64,000 nt of DNA from Tannerellaceae bacterium (GTDB lineage Bacteria > Bacteroidota > Bacteroidia > Bacteroidales > CAMTPD01), in NCBI GenBank assembly GCA_051660585.1, contig JBOFPV010000038.1, positions 1,151 to 65,150 on the forward strand, read 5' to 3'. Below are positions 15,918 through 25,347 of the stretch, in pieces. The notes below the pieces were generated by a model that was not told the DNA's origin, did no database searches, and saw only the letters and a list, made by a program, of their open reading frames with translations. The translations under genes were made by a program, and so were the position numbers. Each line of letters begins with the position of its first letter. The first letter of the stretch is position 1.

Positions 15918-18861
15918 GGACAACTCCCAAACTTTTCTTTCCATCTATTTTTACCACAATCGGCTTTTCAAAACGGACATGTCTTAGATATTCCGTTTCA
16001 TGAAGAGCCGTTTGTGCATTTAAGAAGTTTTCATCAAACCACCCGTCATTATTGAACGGATTAATAGTGAAATAACCAACGCCGAAGGAGGTGAGATTCT
16101 GAAAGAAGTGAGTCCCCTGACTCGGTTCTATTCGATAGTTTTCGAGACCCGATTCTACAATAACACGAGCCATTGAGATGTGTGGCCATTTTACAGGGAT
16201 TCCCAACCAGGTATCACTTGATCCCCAACGTCCGGGTCCTACCAATACATAACCTTTATCTTCAGCTACAAATTCTTTATTCAGCTTTTCGATATCATAA
16301 GCAATCAATTGATTCTTGCTTGCATTAAAAGCATTGCTTTTTACATATACAATATCAAAAACATCGCTCTGAATACCATTGCCCAATGCCTGACAAGAGG
16401 AGATTATCGTGTTTTCTTTTGCCACTTCACACAAGTCTTCATCAATCATCTCTTTGTTATCTACAATAGGACGAACTTGTAGAAGGTAAAAAATCGCTGT
16501 ATTATTTCCATGGTCTATGTTCATGGCAAACTCTATTTCTACCGGCCGCCCCATCTCTTCCTGACTGCACTTGAGTATAAAATTGAGTGTAGAAGCCAAC
16601 GGATATACATCGTGTTGCAATACATTCGAGAATGAAATGATCTTACGTCCGCCCGGATAATACCCTTCGCGAATCATCTGATCATACGGATCGTAGGTGG
16701 AAACAATGTAACGAAGCGACCCGTCTTTATCGGCTTCCTTTACCGACAGACGCAATAGATTGAATGAATCATCTATGGATATTTCTTTCGCTATGCTTTT
16801 GAGATCAAGCGCATAAAAGCGTACTTGCGTCTCTCGCAAAGCAAATTCAGTAGTACTTAACTGGAGTATATTGTGTGGATGTTGTGGCGAAAAACGCAAT
16901 GTTTGCCCTCCGTCAACAATGTATTTCCCTAGTCCTAATGCGATGTTTACGATACCATCCTCTGCTTTCTCATTACCAATCGGATAAAAATTGAGCGAGC
17001 GAGCCACACCGGATATTGTAGGATAAAAATGATCTCCATAAGTATTGCCTACCACTTCTTGCAATACAATGGCCATTTTTTCCTGATCAATAACATTAGA
17101 CGTAGCAGTCATGTAGGCTTTACTGTCTTTGAAAAAGACCGAAGCATACACTCCTTTGATCGCGTCACTTAATTTTCGAAGCATTTCGTATTTGTCATCT
17201 TCATGCGGAACCATATAGGTTGAATAAATTCCGGCAAATGGTTGGTAGTGCGAATCTTCGAGCAAACTCGAAGAGCGAACTGCAATCGGAGTTTTTACCA
17301 CTTCGAAAAAAGCCATCAAGTCTTCGACTAACGATACAGGTAGCTTTGCGCGCAAAAAGTAACGTAACATCTCTTCATCGGGCAATTCGGTTAGCGCAAT
17401 CGGATAGAGATTGTTCGAATCCATAAATTGATCGAAGATGTCGGTACAAATTACTACGGTTTTTGGAATTCGAACAGCAAAGTTATCATGCCAATTCAGC
17501 TCGGGGTAACGTTTGATCATGGTTCCCATAAAAGCAAGACCTCTCCCCTTTCCTCCCAACGATCCGTCTCCAATACGGGCAAAATCTGAATACTCATCAA
17601 AACGTTCTTTCTTAAAGATCGCGATTACACCGGTATTCTTCATTTTACGGTATTGTACAATTGCATCGAAAATTACCTGACGCGCCTCATTCATATCTTT
17701 AAAATCGGAAACGTCGATACCACGCAACAATTCTGCCGGAGGAAACATCGCTCTGGAATAGAAGAATCGAGAAAAGTGGTTGCGAGCAAGGTGATATACC
17801 AACGATTCGTCGGGTATGGAGTGTAGTTTTACTTGCAGATCTTTCAAATTCCGGATACGCATAATCTCACTACGGGTAACCGGATTAATAATAATAAAGT
17901 CGCCAAAACCGAAATTCTGTGTGATTTCGTTACGCAGGTCTTGCGGAAAACTTTTAGATCCTTTATCTATAAAAGAAGCATTCAACTCATAGGCATAGCT
18001 GCGGTTTATTGATTCGGACGATTCAAAGATAAAAGGAAGCACGGGATCTATCTTTCTTACAAAGTGACCAAACTTATATCCGGCCTGTTTGTCTTTAACC
18101 CCTTCACGCTTGAAGCTCATATCACAAATTACGCCAAGCATGTTTTTTTGATACATCGTATATATTTCAACTGCTTCTTCGTAATTACGTGCCAACAGCA
18201 CCTTGGGACGCCCGCGCATACGAAGCATCTGATTGTGCTCATTTAGCGCTTCTTTTGAGAATTCTTTCGATTGCTCCAAAACATAACGATAGATAAGAGG
18301 TAAAGCAGACGAATAAAAACGAACTGAATCTTCTACAAGAAGAATCACCTGTACGCCCACCGAACTGACATCGGCCTCTACGTTCATCTTATCCTCTATC
18401 AACTTGATAATCGCCAAAAGAAGTTCGGTATTTCCCAACCAGCTGAAAACATAATCAATTGCACTAAGGTCCTCTTGGGCTACTCGCTTTGATACTTCCT
18501 TCGAAAACGGAGTAAGAACAACGATGGGAATATGCGGAAAATGTTCTTTGATATGCTTGGCCGCAGCAAAGGTATCGCTGTTGTCCATGTTGGGCATACA
18601 AATGATCAATTCAAAGTTACCATAACTAAGCTCGTCCATCGCCTCTTCTTGTGTGGTAACTTGTGTAAATCGGGGAGGATAACGTAGATTGAGCGAAGTA
18701 TATTCATTAAAAATCTGCTCGTCGACCCGCCCGTCGTCTTCCAGCATAAAAGCATCGTATTTTGTGGCAATTAGTAACACATTGTAAACTCGACGCCGCA
18801 TTAAGGTAGCAAAAGATGTGTCCTTAAAAACCAAATTCTTTATATTCGGAATGGTACTCAT
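15907..18861 (-). CDS. PEP-synthase/PPDK nucleotide-binding-domain protein with N-terminal receiver-like domains
   Basis: Start ATG 18861; GGKGRGL, AVRSSSLLEDS..PFAG, VEIEFA and LLQVRP (ATP-grasp); receiver-like VILLVEDS..VICD; C-terminal SQGTHFFQ. Confidence 0.85.
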   Translation of the reverse strand: MSTIPNIKNLVFKDTSFATLMRRRVYNVLLIATKYDAFMLEDDGRVDEQIFNEYTSLNLRYPPRFTQVTTQEEAMDELSYGNFELIICMPNMDNSDTFAAAKHIKEHFPHIPIVVLTPFSKEVSKRVAQEDLSAIDYVFSWLGNTELLLAIIKLIEDKMNVEADVSSVGVQVILLVEDSVRFYSSALPLIYRYVLEQSKEFSKEALNEHNQMLRMRGRPKVLLARNYEEAVEIYTMYQKNMLGVICDMSFKREGVKDKQAGYKFGHFVRKIDPVLPFIFESSESINRSYAYELNASFIDKGSKSFPQDLRNEITQNFGFGDFIIINPVTRSEIMRIRNLKDLQVKLHSIPDESLVYHLARNHFSRFFYSRAMFPPAELLRGIDVSDFKDMNEARQVIFDAIVQYRKMKNTGVIAIFKKERFDEYSDFARIGDGSLGGKGRGLAFMGTMIKRYPELNWHDNFAVRIPKTVVICTDIFDQFMDSNNLYPIALTELPDEEMLRYFLRAKLPVSLVEDLMAFFEVVKTPIAVRSSSLLEDSHYQPFAGIYSTYMVPHEDDKYEMLRKLSDAIKGVYASVFFKDSKAYMTATSNVIDQEKMAIVLQEVVGNTYGDHFYPTISGVARSLNFYPIGNEKAEDGIVNIALGLGKYIVDGGQTLRFSPQHPHNILQLSTTEFALRETQVRFYALDLKSIAKEISIDDSFNLLRLSVKEADKDGSLRYIVSTYDPYDQMIREGYYPGGRKIISFSNVLQHDVYPLASTLNFILKCSQEEMGRPVEIEFAMNIDHGNNTAIFYLLQVRPIVDNKEMIDEDLCEVAKENTIISSCQALGNGIQSDVFDIVYVKSNAFNASKNQLIAYDIEKLNKEFVAEDKGYVLVGPGRWGSSDTWLGIPVKWPHISMARVIVESGLENYRIEPSQGTHFFQNLTSFGVGYFTINPFNNDGWFDENFLNAQTALHETEYLRHVRFEKPIVVKIDGKKSLGVVLKP

Positions 18862-19015
18862 AGACAAATGATAAAATTTTATTCTCAAAAGTATATAAAA
18901 AAGTTTGTTTATTCGTTTTAATCAATACATTTGCCCCTGTTCGTTTGTTTTATATAAAAAACAAATGGTATTTATAAATATGATAAATCACAATAACTAA
19001 GTAAAACAACTAGTG

Positions 19016-20350
19016 ATGAAAACCGAACAAATTATAGCATCGCTGGAAGCCAAACATCCCGGCGAACACGAGTATCTTCAGGCAGTAAAAGAAGTTTTAC
19101 TTTCAATAGAAGATGTATATAACCAACATCCGGAGTTTGAAAAAGCTCGAATCATAGAACGCTTAGTTGAGCCCGATAGAATTCTAACCTTTAGAGTTCC
19201 TTGGGTAGACGACAGGGGCGATATTCAGGTAAACCTTGGTTACCGCGTACAATTTAACAATGCAATTGGCCCATACAAAGGAGGTTTACGCTTTCACGCA
19301 TCCGTAAACCTTTCCATTCTTAAGTTTTTAGGATTTGAACAAACCTTCAAAAATGCACTTACTACCCTACCGATGGGCGGAGCAAAAGGAGGTTCAGATT
19401 TTAGCGTTCGTGGAAAATCGAACGGTGAAATCATGCGCTTCTGTCAAGCATTCATGCTCGAGTTGTGGCGCAACATAGGTCCCGACACAGATGTGCCGGC
19501 CGGAGATATCGGTGTGGGTGCCCGTGAAATTGGTTATCTATACGGAATGTACAAAAAGCTTGCACGCGAAAATACCGGAACATTTACCGGAAAAGGTCTC
19601 GACTATGGCGGTTCTCGCATCCGTCCCGAAGCGACCGGTTTTGGCGGATTGTACTTTGTAGACGAGATGCTCAAAGCACAAGGAATGAGTTTGCACGGAA
19701 AAACTGTTGCCATTTCCGGATTTGGAAATGTGGCTTGGGGCGCAGCAATCAAGGCTACCGAACTAGGAGCAAAAGTGGTTACCATCTCAGGACCGGACGG
19801 ATATGTATACGATCCGAATGGTATCAAAGGGGAGAAAATCGATTATATGCTAGAATTGCGTAATTCGGGCGAAGATATTGTAGCTCCGTATGCAGAGAAA
19901 TACAATGTTGAATTCTTCGAAGGCAAAAAGCCTTGGGAACAAAAAGTAGACATCGCACTACCTTGTGCAACACAAAACGAACTAGACGAAGCCGATGCTC
20001 GATTACTTTATAAAAACGGAGTCATGTGCGTGGGCGAAATTTCAAACATGGGCTGTACGGCCGAAGCTGCCGACTATATGATAGAGCACAAAATGCTTTA
20101 TGCTCCGGGCAAAGCAGTAAATGCTGGTGGTGTAGCAACTTCCGGACTAGAAATGACGCAGAATGCTATGCACCTGCAATGGGAAGCCGAAGAAGTAGAC
20201 AGCCGTTTGAAGCAAATCATGATAAACATCCATGAGCAATGTGTAAAATATGGTACCGATGAGCATGGATACGTCAACTATGTAAAAGGTGCAAACATTG
20301 CCGGGTTTATGAAAGTAGCCAAAGCAATGATTGATCAAGGCGTTATCTAA
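19016..20350 (+). CDS. gdhB: Glutamate dehydrogenase (Bacteroides GdhB type, NAD-dependent)
   Basis: SLEAKHPGEHEYLQAVKEV N-terminus and GFGNVAWG, as in B. fragilis GdhB; -7 element TACATTTG at 18926-18933. Confidence 0.9.
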   Translation: MKTEQIIASLEAKHPGEHEYLQAVKEVLLSIEDVYNQHPEFEKARIIERLVEPDRILTFRVPWVDDRGDIQVNLGYRVQFNNAIGPYKGGLRFHASVNLSILKFLGFEQTFKNALTTLPMGGAKGGSDFSVRGKSNGEIMRFCQAFMLELWRNIGPDTDVPAGDIGVGAREIGYLYGMYKKLARENTGTFTGKGLDYGGSRIRPEATGFGGLYFVDEMLKAQGMSLHGKTVAISGFGNVAWGAAIKATELGAKVVTISGPDGYVYDPNGIKGEKIDYMLELRNSGEDIVAPYAEKYNVEFFEGKKPWEQKVDIALPCATQNELDEADARLLYKNGVMCVGEISNMGCTAEAADYMIEHKMLYAPGKAVNAGGVATSGLEMTQNAMHLQWEAEEVDSRLKQIMINIHEQCVKYGTDEHGYVNYVKGANIAGFMKVAKAMIDQGVI

Positions 20351-20365
20351 TACAACCCATTTATA

Positions 20366-20418
20366 AAAAAAGCGTGGTTACCAAAAGTAGAAATACCTTT
20401 GTGTAACCACGCTTTTTT
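20366..20418. terminator. Bidirectional terminator between gdhB and ruvC
   Basis: AAAAAAGCGTGGTTAC...GTAACCACGCTTTTTT between convergent genes. Confidence 0.85.
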
Positions 20419-20429
20419 ATTGAGTAAAG

Positions 20430-20990
20430 TTATTTAACTACTTTACCCGGATTTTTATTGACATAATCTTTCCAGCTCTTCACTTTAGAGTCTGCAACCG
20501 GACGATTGGACTGAAAATAGTGACAAAGTGCCGCTGCCAATCCATCTGTTGCATCCAATTGCGGAAGCATGTTTTCTTGCGGAATCTTCAGGTAACGTTT
20601 CAACATATCTGCTACCTGCTCTTTCGAAGCACCGCCATTGCCGGTTATCGACATCTTTATTTTCAACGGTGCATATTCATAGATTGGTAAGTCTCTTGAC
20701 AAAGCCGCTGCCATTGCTACTCCCTGAGCACGACCCAATTTGAGCATACTCTGTACATTTTTACCAAAAAAGGGAGCTTCAATAGCTAACTCGTCGGGAT
20801 GATACTCGTCTACAAGTGCCACTACTCGTTCAAAAATGCGACGCAACTTGAGATAATGATCTGTATATTTACTCAAATCAAGAATCCCCATTACCTCTAA
20901 TGCCGGCTTGTTTCCTGTGACACGCAAAATACCATACCCCATTACCGTAGTTCCGGGGTCGATTCCCAATATAATTCGATCTTTAATCAT
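20430..20990 (-). CDS. ruvC: Holliday junction resolvase RuvC
   Basis: [32 protein letters not shown] and DATDGLA. Confidence 0.96.
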   Translation of the reverse strand: MIKDRIILGIDPGTTVMGYGILRVTGNKPALEVMGILDLSKYTDHYLKLRRIFERVVALVDEYHPDELAIEAPFFGKNVQSMLKLGRAQGVAMAAALSRDLPIYEYAPLKIKMSITGNGGASKEQVADMLKRYLKIPQENMLPQLDATDGLAAALCHYFQSNRPVADSKVKSWKDYVNKNPGKVVK

Positions 20991-21297
20991 CCAACTCTAC
21001 CTCCTCGAGTAGCGTTGTAAAACCAACTACTTTCTCTTTGAATTTCAAAACTAAAGATTGCTGCAACGCTTGCCCTTCCTTAGTAATCCATTCATTCAAA
21101 GTAGCATTATCTTTTACGTGATATTGCAACGAGTAACTTTCACCCTCATCGGTATGTTGCGATAAGATGCGAGACAAACGCGCACGTGTAAGTAATCCAC
21201 TTGCTAAAGACTGAGGAATAAATTCTTTTTTTAGATAATCGATAAACTCGTGATGCGAGTCATTATCAATATGAAATGTTGTATTATAAATAATCAT
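20983..21297 (-). CDS. DUF4286 family protein
   Basis: [11 protein letters not shown]..., [14 protein letters not shown]; overlaps the ruvC start. Confidence 0.8.
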   Translation of the reverse strand: MIIYNTTFHIDNDSHHEFIDYLKKEFIPQSLASGLLTRARLSRILSQHTDEGESYSLQYHVKDNATLNEWITKEGQALQQSLVLKFKEKVVGFTTLLEEVELDD

Positions 21298-21373
21298 TGC
21301 GGTAGTAATTTTATAGCTACAAAGATAGTTGTTATTTCTATAATTAATGTTACATTTGCCTTGAACACATTTC

Positions 21374-21447
21374 GGGGCATTAGCTCATCTGGCTAGAGCG
21401 TTAGACTGGCAGTCTAAAGGTGATCGGTTCGAGTCCGATATGCTCCA
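21374..21447 (+). tRNA. tRNA-Ala(GGC)
   Basis: Cloverleaf GGGGCAT...ATGCTCCA with G3:U70; anticodon arm TTAGA-CTGGCAG-TCTAA; T-loop TTCGAGT; CCA not encoded; promoter TACATTTG at 21351-21358. Confidence 0.97.
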
Positions 21448-21837
21448 CGTTTACTATTTGCAAAAAAAACAAAACCTTCTATCGCAAACACTTCACTCGA
21501 ATCATATCTATTTATATAGAACCTTTTTAATCACGACAAACTCTTTCTACACAAAACATTCTAGTAATAAAAAGGTTATCCTATCATATATTGTGAATTT
21601 ATAAAATAACTCTACTAGGTTTAAATCATAACTATTTCGTAGATTTAAACTCTCTCAACTTCTAAAAAAGTAACAAAAACACAAGCTTTCTACGTTAATT
21701 CGAAAGGAGAGTGAAACAACTTTGCTATAAATTTATCTACTTTTGCCACAATTATAAATATGTTTGCGATGAACTAGACTTTAAGTCTCTTAGTGATTCA
21801 ACAGATTTTTAATTCTAAAATAAACTTAGAAACAGAT

Positions 21838-22938
21838 ATGAAACTAAAACATTTGAGCCTGTTACTGATTCTTCTATTCGGTGCTACTTCGTGTATCCAA
21901 GATGCTCCGCTCAATCCGGAAGCTGATATTCTTAGTATTTCGTTACCCGGAAATGTAACGCTGGGAGAACCGGTTTTCAACCAAAATTCTATTTCTATCT
22001 ATGTCACAGAAGATGCCAACATTACAGATATAGCTCCAATTATAGATATCACAGAAGGCGCAACCATATCTCCGGCATCCGGAACTTCTCAAAACTTTAC
22101 AAACAGCGTTGTATACACTGTCACGTCACAAGATAAAAAAAATAAACGAGTTTATTTTTTGCAGCTTATCAGACAAAATTCCTTTGAATACAACTTCGAT
22201 TATTGGAGTGAAAATAATGAATACAAATACAAAACACCTGTAGAAATTGTCAATGATCAAATTCAGCGTATTTGGGCTTCAAGCAATCAAGGTGTATCGG
22301 TATATCAACAATTCGCCAGCGCTGATCAATATCCGGTATTCCCTACAGAGACTGCTTACTCTGGAAAATATGCTGCAAAACTTGTTACCAAAGAAGGACC
22401 TGGAAATATTCTGAACATACAATATATTCCGATTGTATCTGGCTCTTTATTTACGGGTACGATGAATTTGCTAAATGCATTAAAGGATCCTCTCAAAGCG
22501 ACTCAGTTTGGTCAACCATACAGTGAAAAAAAGAAACCAATCCGCCTTATCGGTTATTACAATTATAAAGCAGGAACTGGCAGCTACATTGGCAAAGATG
22601 GCAATCCAATACCTGAGATGAAAGACTCTTGCGCTATATATTCTGTACTTTATAAGACAGACGACTCGGTAAAATCATTAGATGGAACAAATATCATGAC
22701 CGATCCAAACATTGTTGCAATAACAAAGAATCCAGCTCGTAGCTCAACGATAGGGAATGGTTTTGTTCAATTTGATGTTGAGTTTGAATATCGAAGAGAG
22801 CCCGACTTCAACAATGAAACTTACAAGCTGGCTATTATTCTAGCTTCTAGCTTCTATGGCGATAGATACGAGGGTTGTATAGGTAGCACACTCATCGTGG
22901 ACAACATCAGTATAATAATGGACACAAACAACGAATAA
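21838..22938 (+). CDS. PCMD (putative carbohydrate metabolism domain) lipoprotein
   Basis: Lipobox ATSC; CIQDAPLNPEADI, WASSN.G, SGSLFTG, TQFGQP and GSTLIVDN. Confidence 0.8.
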   Translation: MKLKHLSLLLILLFGATSCIQDAPLNPEADILSISLPGNVTLGEPVFNQNSISIYVTEDANITDIAPIIDITEGATISPASGTSQNFTNSVVYTVTSQDKKNKRVYFLQLIRQNSFEYNFDYWSENNEYKYKTPVEIVNDQIQRIWASSNQGVSVYQQFASADQYPVFPTETAYSGKYAAKLVTKEGPGNILNIQYIPIVSGSLFTGTMNLLNALKDPLKATQFGQPYSEKKKPIRLIGYYNYKAGTGSYIGKDGNPIPEMKDSCAIYSVLYKTDDSVKSLDGTNIMTDPNIVAITKNPARSSTIGNGFVQFDVEFEYRREPDFNNETYKLAIILASSFYGDRYEGCIGSTLIVDNISIIMDTNNE

Positions 22939-22940
22939 GT

Positions 22941-23696
22941 ATGAAACGAATACTATATACACTTTGTATAGCGATAACAGCTTTATTAGCTACACAACAG
23001 ACAAAAGCTCAAGAATCTTTTAAAAAGTGGGAGTATAAAGTTTTTGCCGGTCAAAACTTCGGAGGTACAACTCCGCTGCCTCTTCCGGCAGAAATCAGAA
23101 AGATAAATTATTATCACCCACTATTTGCTCCAACCCTTGATTTCCATATCACTCGTTGGATCAATCCTCAATGGGGACTTACAGCCGGAATCGGTATCGA
23201 TATCAAAGGTATGTCTATCAGTGCCGATGTATTGTATATGCAAACGAAACTAACAGTAGGAGAAGGAACCAATACGGGAATTTTTTCAGGAACATTCTCC
23301 GGTAAAAATAAAACGCGTGCTAAAAACGGATATATCACAGTTCCGGTACTAGCATCATTCAAACCAAATTCAAAATGGGAATTTGGGCTCGGAGTGTACA
23401 CTGCATTCTTACAAGATGCCCAATTTGAAGGAAGTGCCTACGATGGCTATATCCGATCGGGAGGTCCTACCGGAGACAAAATTCAAGTAGACGAAGCCAC
23501 TTTCGACTTCTCTGACGAAGTAAAAAAGGTCGACTTTGGTTTTCAGGCAAATGCCGACTGGAACTTTACACGTAAAATGTTTCTTGCCGGTCAACTTACT
23601 TGGGGTGTTGTACCAATCTTCCCATCCAACTTTGACGGGATATCATACAAGATGTACAATATCTACTTTATGTTAGGTTTGGGGTATCGCTTGTAA
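22941..23696 (+). CDS. Outer-membrane beta-barrel (porin/OMP_b-brl_2) partner of the PCMD protein
   Basis: Signal peptide, NFGGTTPLPLPAEIRKI, amphipathic strands, C-terminal LGLGYRL. Confidence 0.8.
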   Translation: MKRILYTLCIAITALLATQQTKAQESFKKWEYKVFAGQNFGGTTPLPLPAEIRKINYYHPLFAPTLDFHITRWINPQWGLTAGIGIDIKGMSISADVLYMQTKLTVGEGTNTGIFSGTFSGKNKTRAKNGYITVPVLASFKPNSKWEFGLGVYTAFLQDAQFEGSAYDGYIRSGGPTGDKIQVDEATFDFSDEVKKVDFGFQANADWNFTRKMFLAGQLTWGVVPIFPSNFDGISYKMYNIYFMLGLGYRL

Positions 23697-23761
23697 TTCT
23701 CTTGTTGTTTCTTTGAAAAATATTCTTCACAAAAGATATTTCATATTTTATAGGTAATGCT

Positions 23762-23797
23762 AAAAGGATAGATTCATCTAAGAATCTATCCTTTTTT
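23762..23797 (+). terminator. Intrinsic terminator
   Basis: AAAAGGATAGATTC-N6-GAATCTATCCTTTTTT. Confidence 0.8.
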
Positions 23798-23919
23798 AGT
23801 TAATACAATTTACACTATAAGAAACACACAGGAATAAAACCACTCATTTTTAAGCACATATATAGTGTCATTCTTACATCTTTTATTTAATTTAACGCCT
23901 CAATCTAATACCTATACAT

Positions 23920-25236
23920 ATGACTTCTCGTAGAAACTTTATTAAACAAGCCTCGGCGCTTGGTCTAGGACTTACAGCGAGTCCGTTCTTAATTAGAGCA
24001 AACAACACGTCTGTATCTTTGAATGACAAGATTCAGATAGGCCTGATCGGTTGTAAAGGAATGGGATTCTCGAATTTACAAGCCTTCCTTAAAAACCCGG
24101 AAGTAGAATGTATAGCTTTGGCTGATGTAGACGAATCGGTACTAAACCAGCGGGCTGCTGATACAGAGAAAATACAAGGCAGAAAAGTAAAACATCTTTA
24201 CAAAGATTGGCGCAAACTAATCGACAATAAAGATGTAGACGTTGTTATTGTGGGAACTCCGGACCATTGGCACTGCCTGCAAATGGTAGCGGCCTGTCAA
24301 GCCGGTAAAGACGTGTATTGCGAAAAGCCGTTGGGCAATAGCATCGAAGAGTGCAACATCATGGTAAACGCTGCACAAAAGTACAATCGAGTAGTGCAAG
24401 TGGGACAATGGCAACGCAGTGATCCGCACTGGCAAGATGCTGTCAATTTTATTCGCAGTGGTAAACTGGGAAAAATCAGAACTGTTCGCGTTTTCTCCTA
24501 TCAAGGTTGGTGCCCTTCTATTCCGGTACAAGCCGATACGACTCCACCCAAAGGAGTCGACTATGATATGTGGTTAGGTCCGGCTCAAGAAAGACCTTTC
24601 AATCCGAATCGCTTTCACTTTACGTTTCGTTGGTTTTGGGATTATGCCGGAGGATTAATGACTGATTGGGGAGTACACCTACTCGACTATGCATTGTATG
24701 GTATGGATGTAACCACTCCTAATTCAATCATGGCTTCGGGAGGCAAGTTTGGCTATCCCGACGATGCTTGTGAAACACCCGATTTACTTCAAACCATTTA
24801 TGAATTCGACGGATTCACCGTTCTTTGGGATCATGCAATCGGAATCAACGACGGAGCCTATGGACGTAATCATGGTTTAGGTTTTGTTGGAGAGAATGGT
24901 ACTTTAGTGATAGACCGTGGCGGATGGGAAGTAATTCCTGAGAATGTAAATGGCAAAGCTCGTATGGAGGCTGTTGCCTTGCAAAAAGCATATGGTGAAG
25001 GCGGACTGAATCTGCACGTGAAAAACCATTTGCAATGCATCAAAGATCGCAATCCAAACTGCAATGCAAACATTGAAATTGGTGCACACATTGCGAAGTT
25101 TTCGCAGCTTGGAAACATTGCTTATCGCACAGGGAATAAATTGATTTGGGATGGCACCCAATTTACGAATGATAGCGATGCAAACAAGTACTTAGTTCCT
25201 AACTACCGTGCTCCATGGAAGTTGCCTTCTATTTAA
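23920..25236 (+). CDS. Tat-exported Gfo/Idh/MocA family oxidoreductase
   Basis: SRRNFIK, GLIGCKGMG, TPDHWH, CEKP and DWGVHLLD. Confidence 0.92.
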   Translation: MTSRRNFIKQASALGLGLTASPFLIRANNTSVSLNDKIQIGLIGCKGMGFSNLQAFLKNPEVECIALADVDESVLNQRAADTEKIQGRKVKHLYKDWRKLIDNKDVDVVIVGTPDHWHCLQMVAACQAGKDVYCEKPLGNSIEECNIMVNAAQKYNRVVQVGQWQRSDPHWQDAVNFIRSGKLGKIRTVRVFSYQGWCPSIPVQADTTPPKGVDYDMWLGPAQERPFNPNRFHFTFRWFWDYAGGLMTDWGVHLLDYALYGMDVTTPNSIMASGGKFGYPDDACETPDLLQTIYEFDGFTVLWDHAIGINDGAYGRNHGLGFVGENGTLVIDRGGWEVIPENVNGKARMEAVALQKAYGEGGLNLHVKNHLQCIKDRNPNCNANIEIGAHIAKFSQLGNIAYRTGNKLIWDGTQFTNDSDANKYLVPNYRAPWKLPSI

Positions 25237-25347
25237 TCAACACATACATTTAAGATAAAAGAATCCCTTACTTTACAATTTACGTCTTCGTAAACATGTA
25301 AAATAAGGGATCTTCTGTATTTAATAATCGAATAAGAGTTCTCGCTG

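Noticed and set aside
21448-23797. PCMD/porin pair as a genomic island integrated at tRNA-Ala
   Set aside because: No integrase, and I found no downstream duplicate of the tRNA 3' end.
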